A stretch of 64,000 nt of DNA from assembly GCA_964016885.1 (NCBI GenBank), contig OZ024743.1:189968001-190032000 (forward strand), in the 5' to 3' direction. Position numbers and translations under genes: made by a program. The notes below the pieces were generated by a model. That model was not told the origin of the DNA, made no database searches, and worked only from the letters and a program-made list of their open reading frames with translations. Each line of letters starts with the position of its first letter. Within the stretch, counting starts at the first letter, position 1. Positions 12,906 to 23,349 of the stretch are shown here, in pieces. Origin of the DNA: Eledone cirrhosa (lineage: Eukaryota).

Positions 12906-14723
12906 CTACCCCCCCGGGTCATTATGGGGTTTGAGGGCGAGGTAAGTCCTACGCAATCTGTGTTTGCATGCAATTACCAGTTCGTCTTTCTTGTTTAGGA
13001 GTTGGTCCGTCGAAAACAGCATTTGTAATGTTTCCTCCGAGCATAAATTGCACGGACGGCGGCCTCCTGTGTAAGAGTTGTCTCTGGACATTAAGCTCCA
13101 AGTGAAATCATAGGTTATATTGTTATCTTTGAGGTCTCAGATATGGTCCGAAAGTGTGGTGGCGGGACGCCGGGCCAGGTTTCGGAAAGTATGTCTGTGT
13201 TGGTATAGCCGGGTCTTGAAGTCACATGCGGTTAATCCTATATAAGGTTTGTTGGAGGTGTCCGTCCTCGCGTTGCACTGGTAGATCACATTACGATCTC
13301 TGCATCTGTTGTCGAGGGGGAAAATGGATCCATCAGGACAGTTGCACCTCCTGGTCGGTTCTCCACTGCTATTTAGGTTATTTCTTCCATAGGGGTTGAG
13401 TTTTTTGTTGTTAGAGGAGACGATGTTTTCTGCAAAGTTAGGTGTGGTGCTGTAGGAGAGTTTGATGTTATTTTTGTTGATTATGTTGTGGTAGCGGTGT
13501 TGTGGTGGGAAGTGTTTTTCGATGAGCCTAAAGAAGATTTTCCCGATAGGTGTTGTCATCTCGGCGTTATGGGGAGGATTGAACCATGTTACGTTGCGTG
13601 AGCGGCTGTGTCGCCTGCTGGTTCCGCTATTGGAAGCTGGACAGTAGGATATTTCCTCCCGGAAGCCACTCCGCTTGAGGGCCTGGTTGTAATAAGGCGC
13701 ATGTTCCTCGAATATCTGTTCATTAGCGGACAAACGAGATATGCGGAGGGAGATGTTTTTAACCAGGTTATTGGTGATGTTTCTAGGATGGTTTGACCGG
13801 CGGTGGATGTAGTGCTGGTTGTCGTTGGGTTTCCTGTATGGGTAGTACAGGTCATTATCGAGGTCAAGGGTAACGTTCAGGAAGTTAACTCGGGTTAGGG
13901 ACGTTTGTAGGGGTATTTTAAATCCCAAGTCGCGGAAGAAGCTGATTAATTGTTTACAGACCCGGTCTGTACTACTGGGGTTGTACCCTTTAAGGGTAAG
14001 GAGCCCATCATCACGGTACAATCCACCGCCGAATGCAGGAAACATATCGGTGAGTTTAACTAGTAGGAATAATCCTATAAGATCTGTGACCTCAGCCGAA
14101 TCCGTCGCGCCCATACTGACGTCGAAGGGTGAGTCGGGATCTCTCTTTATCCATTTGGAGTGGTCGAAATGTAGGACTGTCTTCCTGGCGTGGAGGATGA
14201 TATTTCTTTCCTGGTCAGTGATGGGCGCAAGTGTCTCGGCAAAGTCCAAGGCAGCCGTAAGGAGCGGTAAGGTAATTGAAGCATAGTAACTCTCTATGTC
14301 AAACTGGATGAATTTTGTGTCTCGTTTGTCCTCCATGTTGCTGAACCATGAGATTACTTCCTGGGTATTGACCCATAGGATAAGTCTGGCGTTTTGCTTA
14401 ACTTTTGGTATAACGCGGTCTAGGTTTTTTTTACTGATTCTCCCTATGTCGGACTTCGTTGGGTTTACAAGCCTGATAGATGGTTTACGGTCGAAATCGG
14501 ATTTGTGGTCCTTCAGTGTGAAGGAGGGTGTCCGTGAGTCTAGGGGTTCCGTGCGGTCGGCGACTCTGAGGCTGGAGGTAATTTGTTGTCCATCTCGATT
14601 TATGTCCTCGATGCTTGAGTGGTTAGCCTTTTTATAGGTGGATTTTAGGCTGCTCCTGATCAGTGTGTGGTATCTGTCGGGGTTGACGAAGTAGAGGTTC
14701 CCAGTTTTATCCGAGTGCACCAT
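12906..14723 (-). pseudogene. RT + GIY-YIG ORF of PLE 2 (5'-truncated, premature stop near 13137)
   Basis: DKTGNLY, LKDHK, FDIESYY, FDVSMG..DSAE, GLYRDDGL, WFNPP, KLSYS, VIYQ..YIGLT..FKTR..H, C-terminal CNLCSEE...CKH. Confidence 0.92.
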
Positions 14724-15179
14724 GATGTCATTGGTGTTATCATACTCTGTTAAATTGCTACGGAGTTTTAGTTTTTAGTATTTCGTCCCACCTATTAAAC
14801 TTTTCTGTAGTTTGGCAGTACCAGTAAGAGACTTGATGATTGTGGTAAGGGAATAGTAATCAGAAATTGTTTTTGTTTTTTTTATATTTTTAACATTCTT
14901 CTTATTCTTCTATATATTTACTCCATATTGATTTACCTATTGTTTCGACTTCCTCCTCCCCCTCCCTAGTATACTTTCTCGACCTCTTATCCTTAGGATC
15001 CTGCTGTAGTTGGCACTATCAATGCACGACTGGGTTTTCTCCACTACCTCTCCCTCTTTCTTCTACTGGCAAGTTCAGCTACCCCTTCCTTCCACAAAAT
15101 GCCTTGATAGAATTATGTGTCTCAACAACAAACTTTTGACCAATCCTTGTGACAATCACTTTTATCATATATGGAATTA

Positions 15180-15275
15180 GCCCCCGAGAAGCTCGGCTAT
15201 TCATGTACCAGGATAAAAATGTTCATTTACTCCACAATTAGCCGTCGAAACGGCTTGAGCTCAGCCGTCAGGGTC
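15180..15275 (+). ncRNA. Degenerate hammerhead in the inverted pseudo-LTR of PLE 2
   Basis: Mirror copy of 11731-11825 with core ccgagaa. Confidence 0.5.
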
Positions 15276-15284
15276 CTACTCGTT

Positions 15285-15364
<80 letters not shown>

Positions 15365-15384
15365 TGTATATATACATATACATA

Positions 15385-15750
15385 GTCAGATGGTGGATGG
15401 GTGCTACACGAGAATGCTGAGAATGGCTCTGAACATTAATCAGTATACACTGAGAATGAAAAACTCAGAGCTGTATGGGAGCCTCCCCAAAGCCAGCTCA
15501 AAAGTGACACAGAGGAGACTGAAGTTAGCTGGACATTCTCACCCACATGCAGAGTTGACATTGCACTCAGTGCTCCTGTGGGAGCCCCTACATGGACACA
15601 CTGGAAGAGGAAGACCAAAGTTAACGTATGTTGATGCACTAAGGAGAGACACTGGTCTGTTGGAGACGCGGGACATGGGAGCGATAGTGAAGGACAGAGA
15701 CCGCTGGAGAGAACTCGGCCATGGATCCCGGGAATTTTATTCACCCTAGA
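15385..15750 (+). mobile_element. 3' fragment of an RTE-related non-LTR retrotransposon
   Basis: DGCYTRMLRMALNI..ELYG..RRLKLAGH..LLWEP.HG..RGRPKLTYVD, typical LINE C-terminus. Confidence 0.75.
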
Positions 15751-15861
15751 TACATATATATATATATACATATATACATATATATATATGCATATATAAA
15801 TACATATATATATGCACATACATATATACATCTATGTACATATATATATACATATATATAT

Positions 15862-15892
<31 letters not shown>

Positions 15893-16007
15893 TATGTATG
15901 TATATATGTATATGTATATATATCTATATCTATATATGTATATATATATGTACATATATGTATACATATATATGTACATATATGTATACATATACATATA
16001 TATGTAC

Positions 16008-16076
<69 letters not shown>

Positions 16077-16132
16077 ATGGCTGCCCCCTCGTTATCGAGT
16101 ATGGCCATTGCACGATATACCATTATTAATAA

Positions 16133-16449
16133 CTAGCAGAGGTACCCGGCGTTGCTCGGATATTAAATAGCAGTTACGTATACCATTTATGTCAATACTT
16201 CAGTGCTGCTTCGAAAACTATACTTTTTACAAAACCATCGGCTTCTTTCAAAAGGGGGATCCTGCCCCTAGGGTTGCCTACTTAATATGTGCCAATTCTG
16301 AGAGTTCATATTCATCTGTAGAACAAAAGTAGCCCATGTGTCAAGTTTTGTCAAAATCGGTTGCGAACTCCAGAAGTTATGAGATTTTGTTTCATTGCAC
16401 TGCAGTGCTTCAGTCGACTCCAAGGAAGCGGTTAAAGGGGGGTTATTTG

Positions 16450-16450
<1 letters not shown>
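16133..16450 (-). mobile_element. Non-autonomous Helitron-like element, 3' end
   Basis: Minus strand ends ccgagcaacgccggg hairpin, 9 nt, then CTAG|T; internal tgtgtcaagttttgtcaaaatcggttg resembles small Helitron/HINE motifs. Confidence 0.55.
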
Positions 16451-16485
<35 letters not shown>

Positions 16486-17103
16486 ATGCATTTGTGTGTG
16501 GGTATGTATATGTATGTGTATGTCCGTCGGCGCATACGTATGTACTGGCCTAAATCTTCACTATTTACTTTTACTATTTTAATAACCTCTGTCATTTTCG
16601 TTTTCAATTTTATTTACATTATTCTTAAACTCCGGGGCTAGAAATCATTCGGTTATTTTAAATAGAATATTAGTCTAACGACACCATTTATACCATAAAC
16701 TTGGTCTTGACTTTGCATGAAATTGTTCTTCTCGGTCCACATAACGACGTATTAGCCTCGCTTTTTCCCCGTTCATTACCAGGGAACGTCTTCACGAACC
16801 AAAATATCAGCTTCCTGATTTCCTTCGGTTGCAATGTTTATCGAAATATTTACTTCGGCGTTCACAGATTAACTTTTATAGTTTCAGAAGATCCCGTTAA
16901 TGTTGAAAGCAGCTATTCTTTGCTTAAACTTTAATCTGTTCTTATAACAAATATATATATATATATATATAAATCAGTGGCGAAGGGTAACCTGGTAAGC
17001 AGGGCATGCAGTCCATTCGCCATGGCGGAAAGTGGAGCTGTGCAGTCTTACCCCCCTCCCCCCAATTCCCTCTAAATGACCACCCCGGTCAAAGCCGCAT
17101 GTA

Positions 17104-17403
17104 GTGTTATCTAGTGTGTGTGTGTGTTATCTTTTTATGTGTCTACGATTAAGAAAGCAATCAAAATTCTGCTTGTCCCAAAGATGTTGTGTGTTTGTGT
17201 TTGTGTGTTTGTGTGTATGTGTGTGTGTGTGTGTGTTATCATTTTTTGTGTCTATAGATTTTAGTAAGCAGCCAAATTTCTGCTTCCTTCAACCGACGCT
17301 GTCGTGTGTTTGTGTGTATGTGTGTGTGTATTTGTGTTATCTTTTTATGTGTCTACGATTTAGTAAGCAATCAAAATTCTGCTTGTCCCAAAGCTGTCGC
17401 CTG

Positions 17404-17488
<85 letters not shown>

Positions 17489-17545
17489 CTTTTTTTGTGT
17501 CTATAGTAAGCAACCAAAATTCTGCTTGCTTCAACCGACGCAATT
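17104..17545. repeat. Compound minisatellite with (GT)n spacers
   Basis: Four related units gtgttatctttttatgtgtcta...aagcaatcaaaattctgcttg. Confidence 0.8.
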
Positions 17546-17588
17546 GATCAGCTCAAGATTCTATAACGCATGCACGGACCTTTCGCCC

Positions 17589-17618
<30 letters not shown>

Positions 17619-17619
<1 letters not shown>

Positions 17620-18252
17620 CATAAATCATGTCTATAGAATCAATCAGATATTAAAATATATACTATTTCTTCTTCTAATTAGCATAATTAACCATATACA
17701 AAATCCAATCTAGCAAGCTTTAAGAATAAATTTTCTTACGGGGAAATCTCTGACAAACAATTGATCGTAGCCTCTTTGCGGCAGCTCCGTTCCACTATTT
17801 ATCAAACATTTCGGCAGCATGCAGAATCCGATCAAATATACCATCAACCGCACATAATTAGTAGTAAAGTTAAACTTAGAAGAGTTTATCTCCTGATGAA
17901 ACCTAACTCAGGGCATTTCCATATTATTTGGATGTCTTAAATAAGGAAGAAACCATGGTAGAGATATAATTACGGTATGTGCGCATTTCTTCTAAGTTTA
18001 ACTTTACTACTAATTATGTGCGGTTGATGGTATATTTGATCGGATTCTGCATGCTGCCGAAATGTTTGATAAATAGTGGAACGGAGCTGCCGCGAAGAGG
18101 CTACGATCAATTGTTTGTCAGAGATTTCCCCGTAAGAAAATTTATTCTTAAAGCTTGCTAGATTGGATTTTGTATATGGTTAATTATGCTAATTAGAAGA
18201 AGAAATAGTATATATTTTAATATCTGATTGATTCTATAGACATGATTTATGA
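17619..18252. repeat. Inverted repeat (~265-bp arms) enclosing a hammerhead
   Basis: 17619-17883 is the reverse complement of 17988-18252, nearly identical. Confidence 0.92.
17887..17966 (+). ncRNA. Type I hammerhead ribozyme with long stem II
   Basis: Stem I tatctc/gagata; CTGATGA 17893-17899; imperfect long stem II; GAAA; palindromic stem III accatggt; GUA site. Confidence 0.8.
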
Positions 18253-18364
18253 TATAATGCTCTGATTATTTTATTTTAATTTATTAATTCTTCATTGAGC
18301 TTAAAAGTGAACAGTTGCAACACATATATATATATCTTTAATTTAATGTTATGTATGTGATAAC

Positions 18365-18407
<43 letters not shown>

Positions 18408-18984
18408 TGTTTTGTACGGCTTTTGGAAGAAGGAGTGACCAGCAGTACGTTGTTCGGTATTATTACGAAAATATATAGTAGAGAATCCCGCGTGAACTAA
18501 CAGCTCAGGCGGAAACTGCTTACCTCGAAGATTCATTCGCCATCGTTCTTGTTAACGCTCCGTTTACTTGGCATTTGGTGGTCTACAGTTAGATGAATGA
18601 CGCACAAAGAAGTTTTTTTAATAATAAAAGATGGGTTAAAGCGACCTACAATGTATCTGTGTGTATATATATATATATATTTTCTTTTACTATAAATTAT
18701 GCCCATAGAATCATTTGATAATATATATACTCCATTTCCTCTCCCAATTAGCATAATCAACCACACAAAAAAAAACAATTAAACCAGGCTATAAGATTAA
18801 AAGTCACCTATGAAGAAATAATAGGTATATAAACGACAGCCATCTATACGCGATCAACAGCTATAGAATATTTACCCAGCATTTCAATAGCACGTGGAAT
18901 CGATTAAATATATCGTCAACCATACACAATTAGGTATAAAATTAAAGTTAGAAGAAAAAATGCATATACACATACCAGGATTAC

Positions 18985-19066
18985 CTTTCTACCCTTCAGG
19001 GTTTCGTTCACTTTCGGAAATATCCTATCAAGGATAAATTCTCGAGCTTCGAACTCATCAGGAAAC
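18985..19066 (-). ncRNA. Type I hammerhead ribozyme
   Basis: Minus strand tttc-CTGATGA-gttc...gaac-GAAA-ccct-ga-aggg-TA-gaaa; downstream flank homologous to the 17.6-18.3 kb cassette. Confidence 0.8.
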
Positions 19067-19565
19067 AAACTCACTTGGACAAAGATTTTTCTTAAATGAT
19101 CCCCGCCAGCAATGAATTCATAATGGCTAAGAACTGTGACGTGGCAGTGGTCAAGTCAGAAAGATTGTGATTGGTGCCTTACGGCTAGTGAGCTGGTTGC
19201 TAGAAAACGCAGCCTAATATCGCCTAAATTGCATCTCAACCTTATGGGAGATTATCAAATATAAAGATTTACATATACACAAACTAGACAAAGTCATAGA
19301 TATGTTTTGGGCAACCATTCACGATGTGGCTCAATGATGAATAAATTAAATAATCAGAGCAATATACTATAAATTATGTCCATAGAAACATTTGATAAGA
19401 TATATACTCAATTTCCTCTCCCAATTAGCATAATCAACCACACAAAAATCCAATTAAACTAGGCTATAAGATTAAAAGTCACCTATGAAGTAATAATAAT
19501 TTATTTATATATATATATATATATAACAGGATGCTGGACTGGTGTAAATCCTTGAAAGGTTTATT

Positions 19566-19623
19566 ATACTATGATCATTTCAATGACCGGGTTCCATATG
19601 AATCCGGTGATATCATCAGGTAT
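19566..19623 (-). ncRNA. Type I hammerhead ribozyme (inverted copy)
   Basis: Reverse complement of 21783-21840. Confidence 0.78.
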
Positions 19624-19992
19624 TCGAAATATAACAAAGGAATATGTAAAAACCATGGGTCCGAAAAATCAGAGACCGCGAGGACGACTGACCAACTAGC
19701 TGCCTTCACCTCGGCCAGTCTCCCTCAAAGTGATGGCTACTCGATCTGCTAATGACCACCTGGTGAGGTGGCGAAGGCTTATAATGTACTACCACCTCTC
19801 CGTCAAGGAATGAAAAAGGGGAAGAAAGAAAGAAAGAAGAAAAAAAAGAAAGAAGTCAGCGCAAGGGTCACACTACAGTCAAGCTAGAAAACGCCGCGAA
19901 AAATGTTATTTAAAGAATCTATATTTTAACAAAGGCATATATAATGGGTGTCTGTATGGTATAATGTGTGAACATTATTGGAGCATTATTAA

Positions 19993-20097
19993 AATCCCGC
20001 CGAGGTTAACTTTGCCTTTCATCCTTACGGGGTCGATAAAATAAAATACCAGTAATGCACTGGGTAATTGCTGGCCTTGTGCCTAACGTAGAAACAA
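19993..20097 (+). mobile_element. 5'-truncated SINE family A
   Basis: aaatcccgccgaggttaactttgcctttcatcc...gtagaaacaatt; target duplication attattggagcattatt. Confidence 0.85.
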
Positions 20098-21782
20098 TTA
20101 TTGGAGCATTATTATCCAGTGGTGAACCAACAAACCTAAAGAAATAATGCTCCAATAATGTTGAGCACTTCCAAATGTAATATTGAACAGCGGCACTGAC
20201 TTCAGTGTACAGCTACCGCCAGCATGGGATGAACTGATCTACTTACCATTCGGATTTTGGCTGCTCTGTGCTTTGTCTACCGCCCACCCGATGCTGCTGC
20301 CCGACAAAATTCTACGTATTATAGTAAAACATGTATTGTATTGACTGAATTCTCTACTCTATACTCAGGACTTTTTTTGTGGCTCACACTGAATTTGGAG
20401 ACCCGAACTTTACACTAGGTACCACCTGTTACCATTCCATCTCTTCCATCCTCTATATATATATGTACAAACTGTATTATCTTACTACAACTTTATCTAT
20501 ATTGTATTTCCCCTCTGCTCTGATTCCTCCGATATGTTCTTATATACTTCCGTCTCATTACATCACTACCCTAGCTATACAGACGTTTTATTTATGTATC
20601 TTACTTTTTACTTTTATTAGTTTATTAATGTATTTTTATCAATGTATTCTTTATCTTTGTATTTTATCTTTGTATCCTGCTTTTATTTATTTGTAACTTT
20701 CCTTACTCAGGTCATTATGCACCTTTCATAGCCCCCTACCCACCAAAGAACCACACTACTTATAACCCGGACTAACTGGGACTTTAAAATAATTATAGTC
20801 TATTTGCACTCTTTATTGGGTTTTGCTACCTTCGATTGATGTGGTGGCTTTTCCCGGCTGCGCGATGGCCGCTCGGAAAGTTCAACCTTCCTTGAGTGCT
20901 TGGAAAAATAAATTTCCCCTCTTTCGGTAAACGAAATTACTCGGAGAGGACTGCTTTGCCCCGGGCCCGCCACGCCGCATGTTTTGACCACCACATTATA
21001 CTTATACCTATAAACTCTAGGCTTAGGCATAACTGTTAGCTGTATCATGCCTCTACTGGCACGTAAATAAACCCCTCATGTGTGAATTAATAGTATTCGT
21101 TTGGCATTGACGATGGCCTCCCGAAATTGTAGACTTCCCGCTAGCACACCCGGGGCCTAGGGTAGCTACGTTCCTAGAGTACTTGGAAAAATTAATTTCC
21201 ATTTCTTTCGCTGGACGATACCACTCGAAACTGGCTGACACGTGGTTAGGAGGTGCTGGCTGGGATTCACAATCGAAGGCTTTAATCTTTACTCTATATC
21301 CCACCCTGATATCTTATCGAGATTAACTCTCTCTGTAAGTTCATTAAATAATTTTTTAATTTATTTTCCAATTTCAAATTTATTATTTTTTAATTTAATT
21401 TCATCTATAACTCGTAACATAAGTTTAACGTTCCAATTTTCTGTTCACACATTAGACCATACAGACACCCATTATATATGCCCTTGTTAAAATATAGATT
21501 CTTTAGAATAATATTTTTCGCGTTTGTAGTGTGACCCTTACGCTGACTTCTTTCTTTTTTTTCTTCTTTCTTTCTTTCTTTCTTCCCCTTTTTTATTCTT
21601 TGACGGAGAGGTGGTAGTTCATTATAAGCCTTCGCCACCTCACCAGGTGGTCATTAGCAGATCGAGTAGCCATCACTTTGAGGGAGACTGGCCGAGGTGA
21701 AGGCAGCTAGTTGGTCAGTCGTCCTCGCGGTCTCTGATTTTTCGGACCCATGGTTTTTACATATTCCTTTGTTATATTTCGA

Positions 21783-21840
21783 ATACCTGATGATATCACC
21801 GGATTCATATGGAACCCGGTCATTGAAATGATCATAGTAT
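21783..21840 (+). ncRNA. Type I hammerhead ribozyme
   Basis: Stem I atac/gtat; CTGATGA; stem II accgg..ccggt; GAAA; palindromic stem III atgatcat; AUA site. Confidence 0.78.
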
Positions 21841-22092
21841 AATAAACCTTTCAAGGATTTACACCAGTCCAGCCTCATGTTATTTTTATTTATAATTAAC
21901 TCCGTATTCGCACCACCAACTACACAAACGAAGACGGGTGACCTGCACTACGTTGAGTACTCTCCGCAATATTGCACAAAGATTGACCTAACGGAATGAC
22001 CAATTATATCCAGTGGTGAACCAACAAACCTAATGAAATATATATATATATATATATACAGATACATATATATATATATATGTGTGTATGTA

Positions 22093-22144
<52 letters not shown>

Positions 22145-22261
22145 AAAGTTCTATTTAAATTGTTGGGATACAACAAGCAAATATTATTGTAGCCTCCAAA
22201 AGCAATGGTCACCTTTTTGAAAGGGTACGTCAATATCTATTTGTAAAACTGTTATATATTG

Positions 22262-22326
22262 TATTTTGTCTGATGAAGGCATACCATGATTTAACTTGGT
22301 ATCCTTGAAATATATATAATGAAATA
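22262..22326 (+). ncRNA. Type I hammerhead ribozyme in a ~225-bp cassette between (TA)n tracts
   Basis: Stem I tattttgt/atgaaata; CTGATGA 22270-22276; stem II agg-c-atacca...tggtat-cct; GAAA; stem III atatatat. Confidence 0.72.
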
Positions 22327-22362
22327 AATATGGTTTTATAAATATAGTTTCCATTTATTAAT

Positions 22363-22422
<60 letters not shown>

Positions 22423-22450
22423 TATGTGTGTGTGTGTGTATGTATGTATG

Positions 22451-22495
<45 letters not shown>

Positions 22496-22544
22496 GTATA
22501 CATATATTTTTATGTGTATATCTATATATGTGTATATGTGTTTG

Positions 22545-22604
<60 letters not shown>

Positions 22605-22830
22605 TTGGTGCTCTGAAATAGCGAATATATAAGAATGTATATATAGTGTATTTTGCAATACACTGTATGCTTAATTAAAAGCATTTTGAAAGTGACAATG
22701 TCACTTATTTAAATTATTCTAATTTTCAATTTCTGCTGGGCCAGTGACCGCTCTGTATAATCAATTCTTGATTATTACTGGAATTCTATAAGAATCCAAC
22801 ACACATAACTTTCGGCAAACAGGAGGAGTA

Positions 22831-22881
22831 GTAAGCTTTGATAAGTACCAAAAAGTACGAAATAGAGTTCTGTCAGTTTAT
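22831..22881 (+). ncRNA. Type I hammerhead with compensated U3-A8 core (copy 1)
   Basis: Stem I gtaagct/agtttat; TTGATAA; stem II gtac-caaaaa-gtac; GAAA; stem III atagagttctgt; GUC; outer stem ttcggcaaacagg/cctgtttgctgaa. Confidence 0.75.
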
Positions 22882-23147
22882 CTCCCCTGTTTGCTGAAAA
22901 TGTAAATAAGTGACATTGTCACTATTTTAAATAAATAGCGTATGGTCTTCAAAATGCTTTTAATTAAGCAACAGTGTATTGCAAAATACACTATATATAC
23001 ATTCATATATATATCGCTATTTCAGAGCACCAATTCTAATCTTCAATTTCTGCTGGGCCGGCGACCGCTCCGTATAATCAGTTTCTGATTATTACTGGAA
23101 TTCTATAAGAATCCAACACACAAAATGTTCAGCAAACAGGAGGAATA

Positions 23148-23198
23148 GTGAGCTTTGATAAGTACCAAAAAGTACGAAACAGAGCTCTGTCAATTTAT
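23148..23198 (+). ncRNA. Type I hammerhead with compensated U3-A8 core (copy 2)
   Basis: Same layout; palindromic stem III acagagctctgt; GUC. Confidence 0.75.
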
Positions 23199-23349
23199 CT
23201 CCCCTGTTTGCTGAACATTTTAGATAAGTGAAATTGTCACTATTTTAAAACAATAGTGTATGGTCTTCAAAATGCTTTTAATTAAGCATACAGTGTATTG
23301 CAAAATCCACTATATATACATTTATATATATATATATATATATATATAA

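Larger units (their letters stand above)
11638..15288 (-). mobile_element. Penelope-like retroelement 2, 5'-truncated, with inverted pseudo-LTR
   Basis: 528-aa RT/GIY-YIG ORF; ~11716-12217 is the reverse complement of ~14774-15288; both ends abut (TA)n. Confidence 0.93.
19533..22040 (+). mobile_element. Non-coding HHR-bearing element with an inverted copy of its 3' region (putative non-autonomous PLE derivative)
   Basis: 19533-19973 is the reverse complement of 21442-21873; terminal ~35 nt (22006-22040) repeated at ~20113-20146; no RT ORF; flanked by (TA)n. Confidence 0.7.
22600..23325 (+). repeat. Tandem ~317-bp HHR-containing repeats preceded by an inverted partial copy (retrozyme-like)
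   Basis: ~22717-23033 repeated at ~23034-23325; 22600-22710 is the reverse complement of ~22905-23040 with a deletion. Confidence 0.88.

Noticed and set aside
17104-17545. Repeat-spacer pattern resembling a CRISPR array
   Set aside because: Eukaryotic context, spacers are (GT)n, no cas genes
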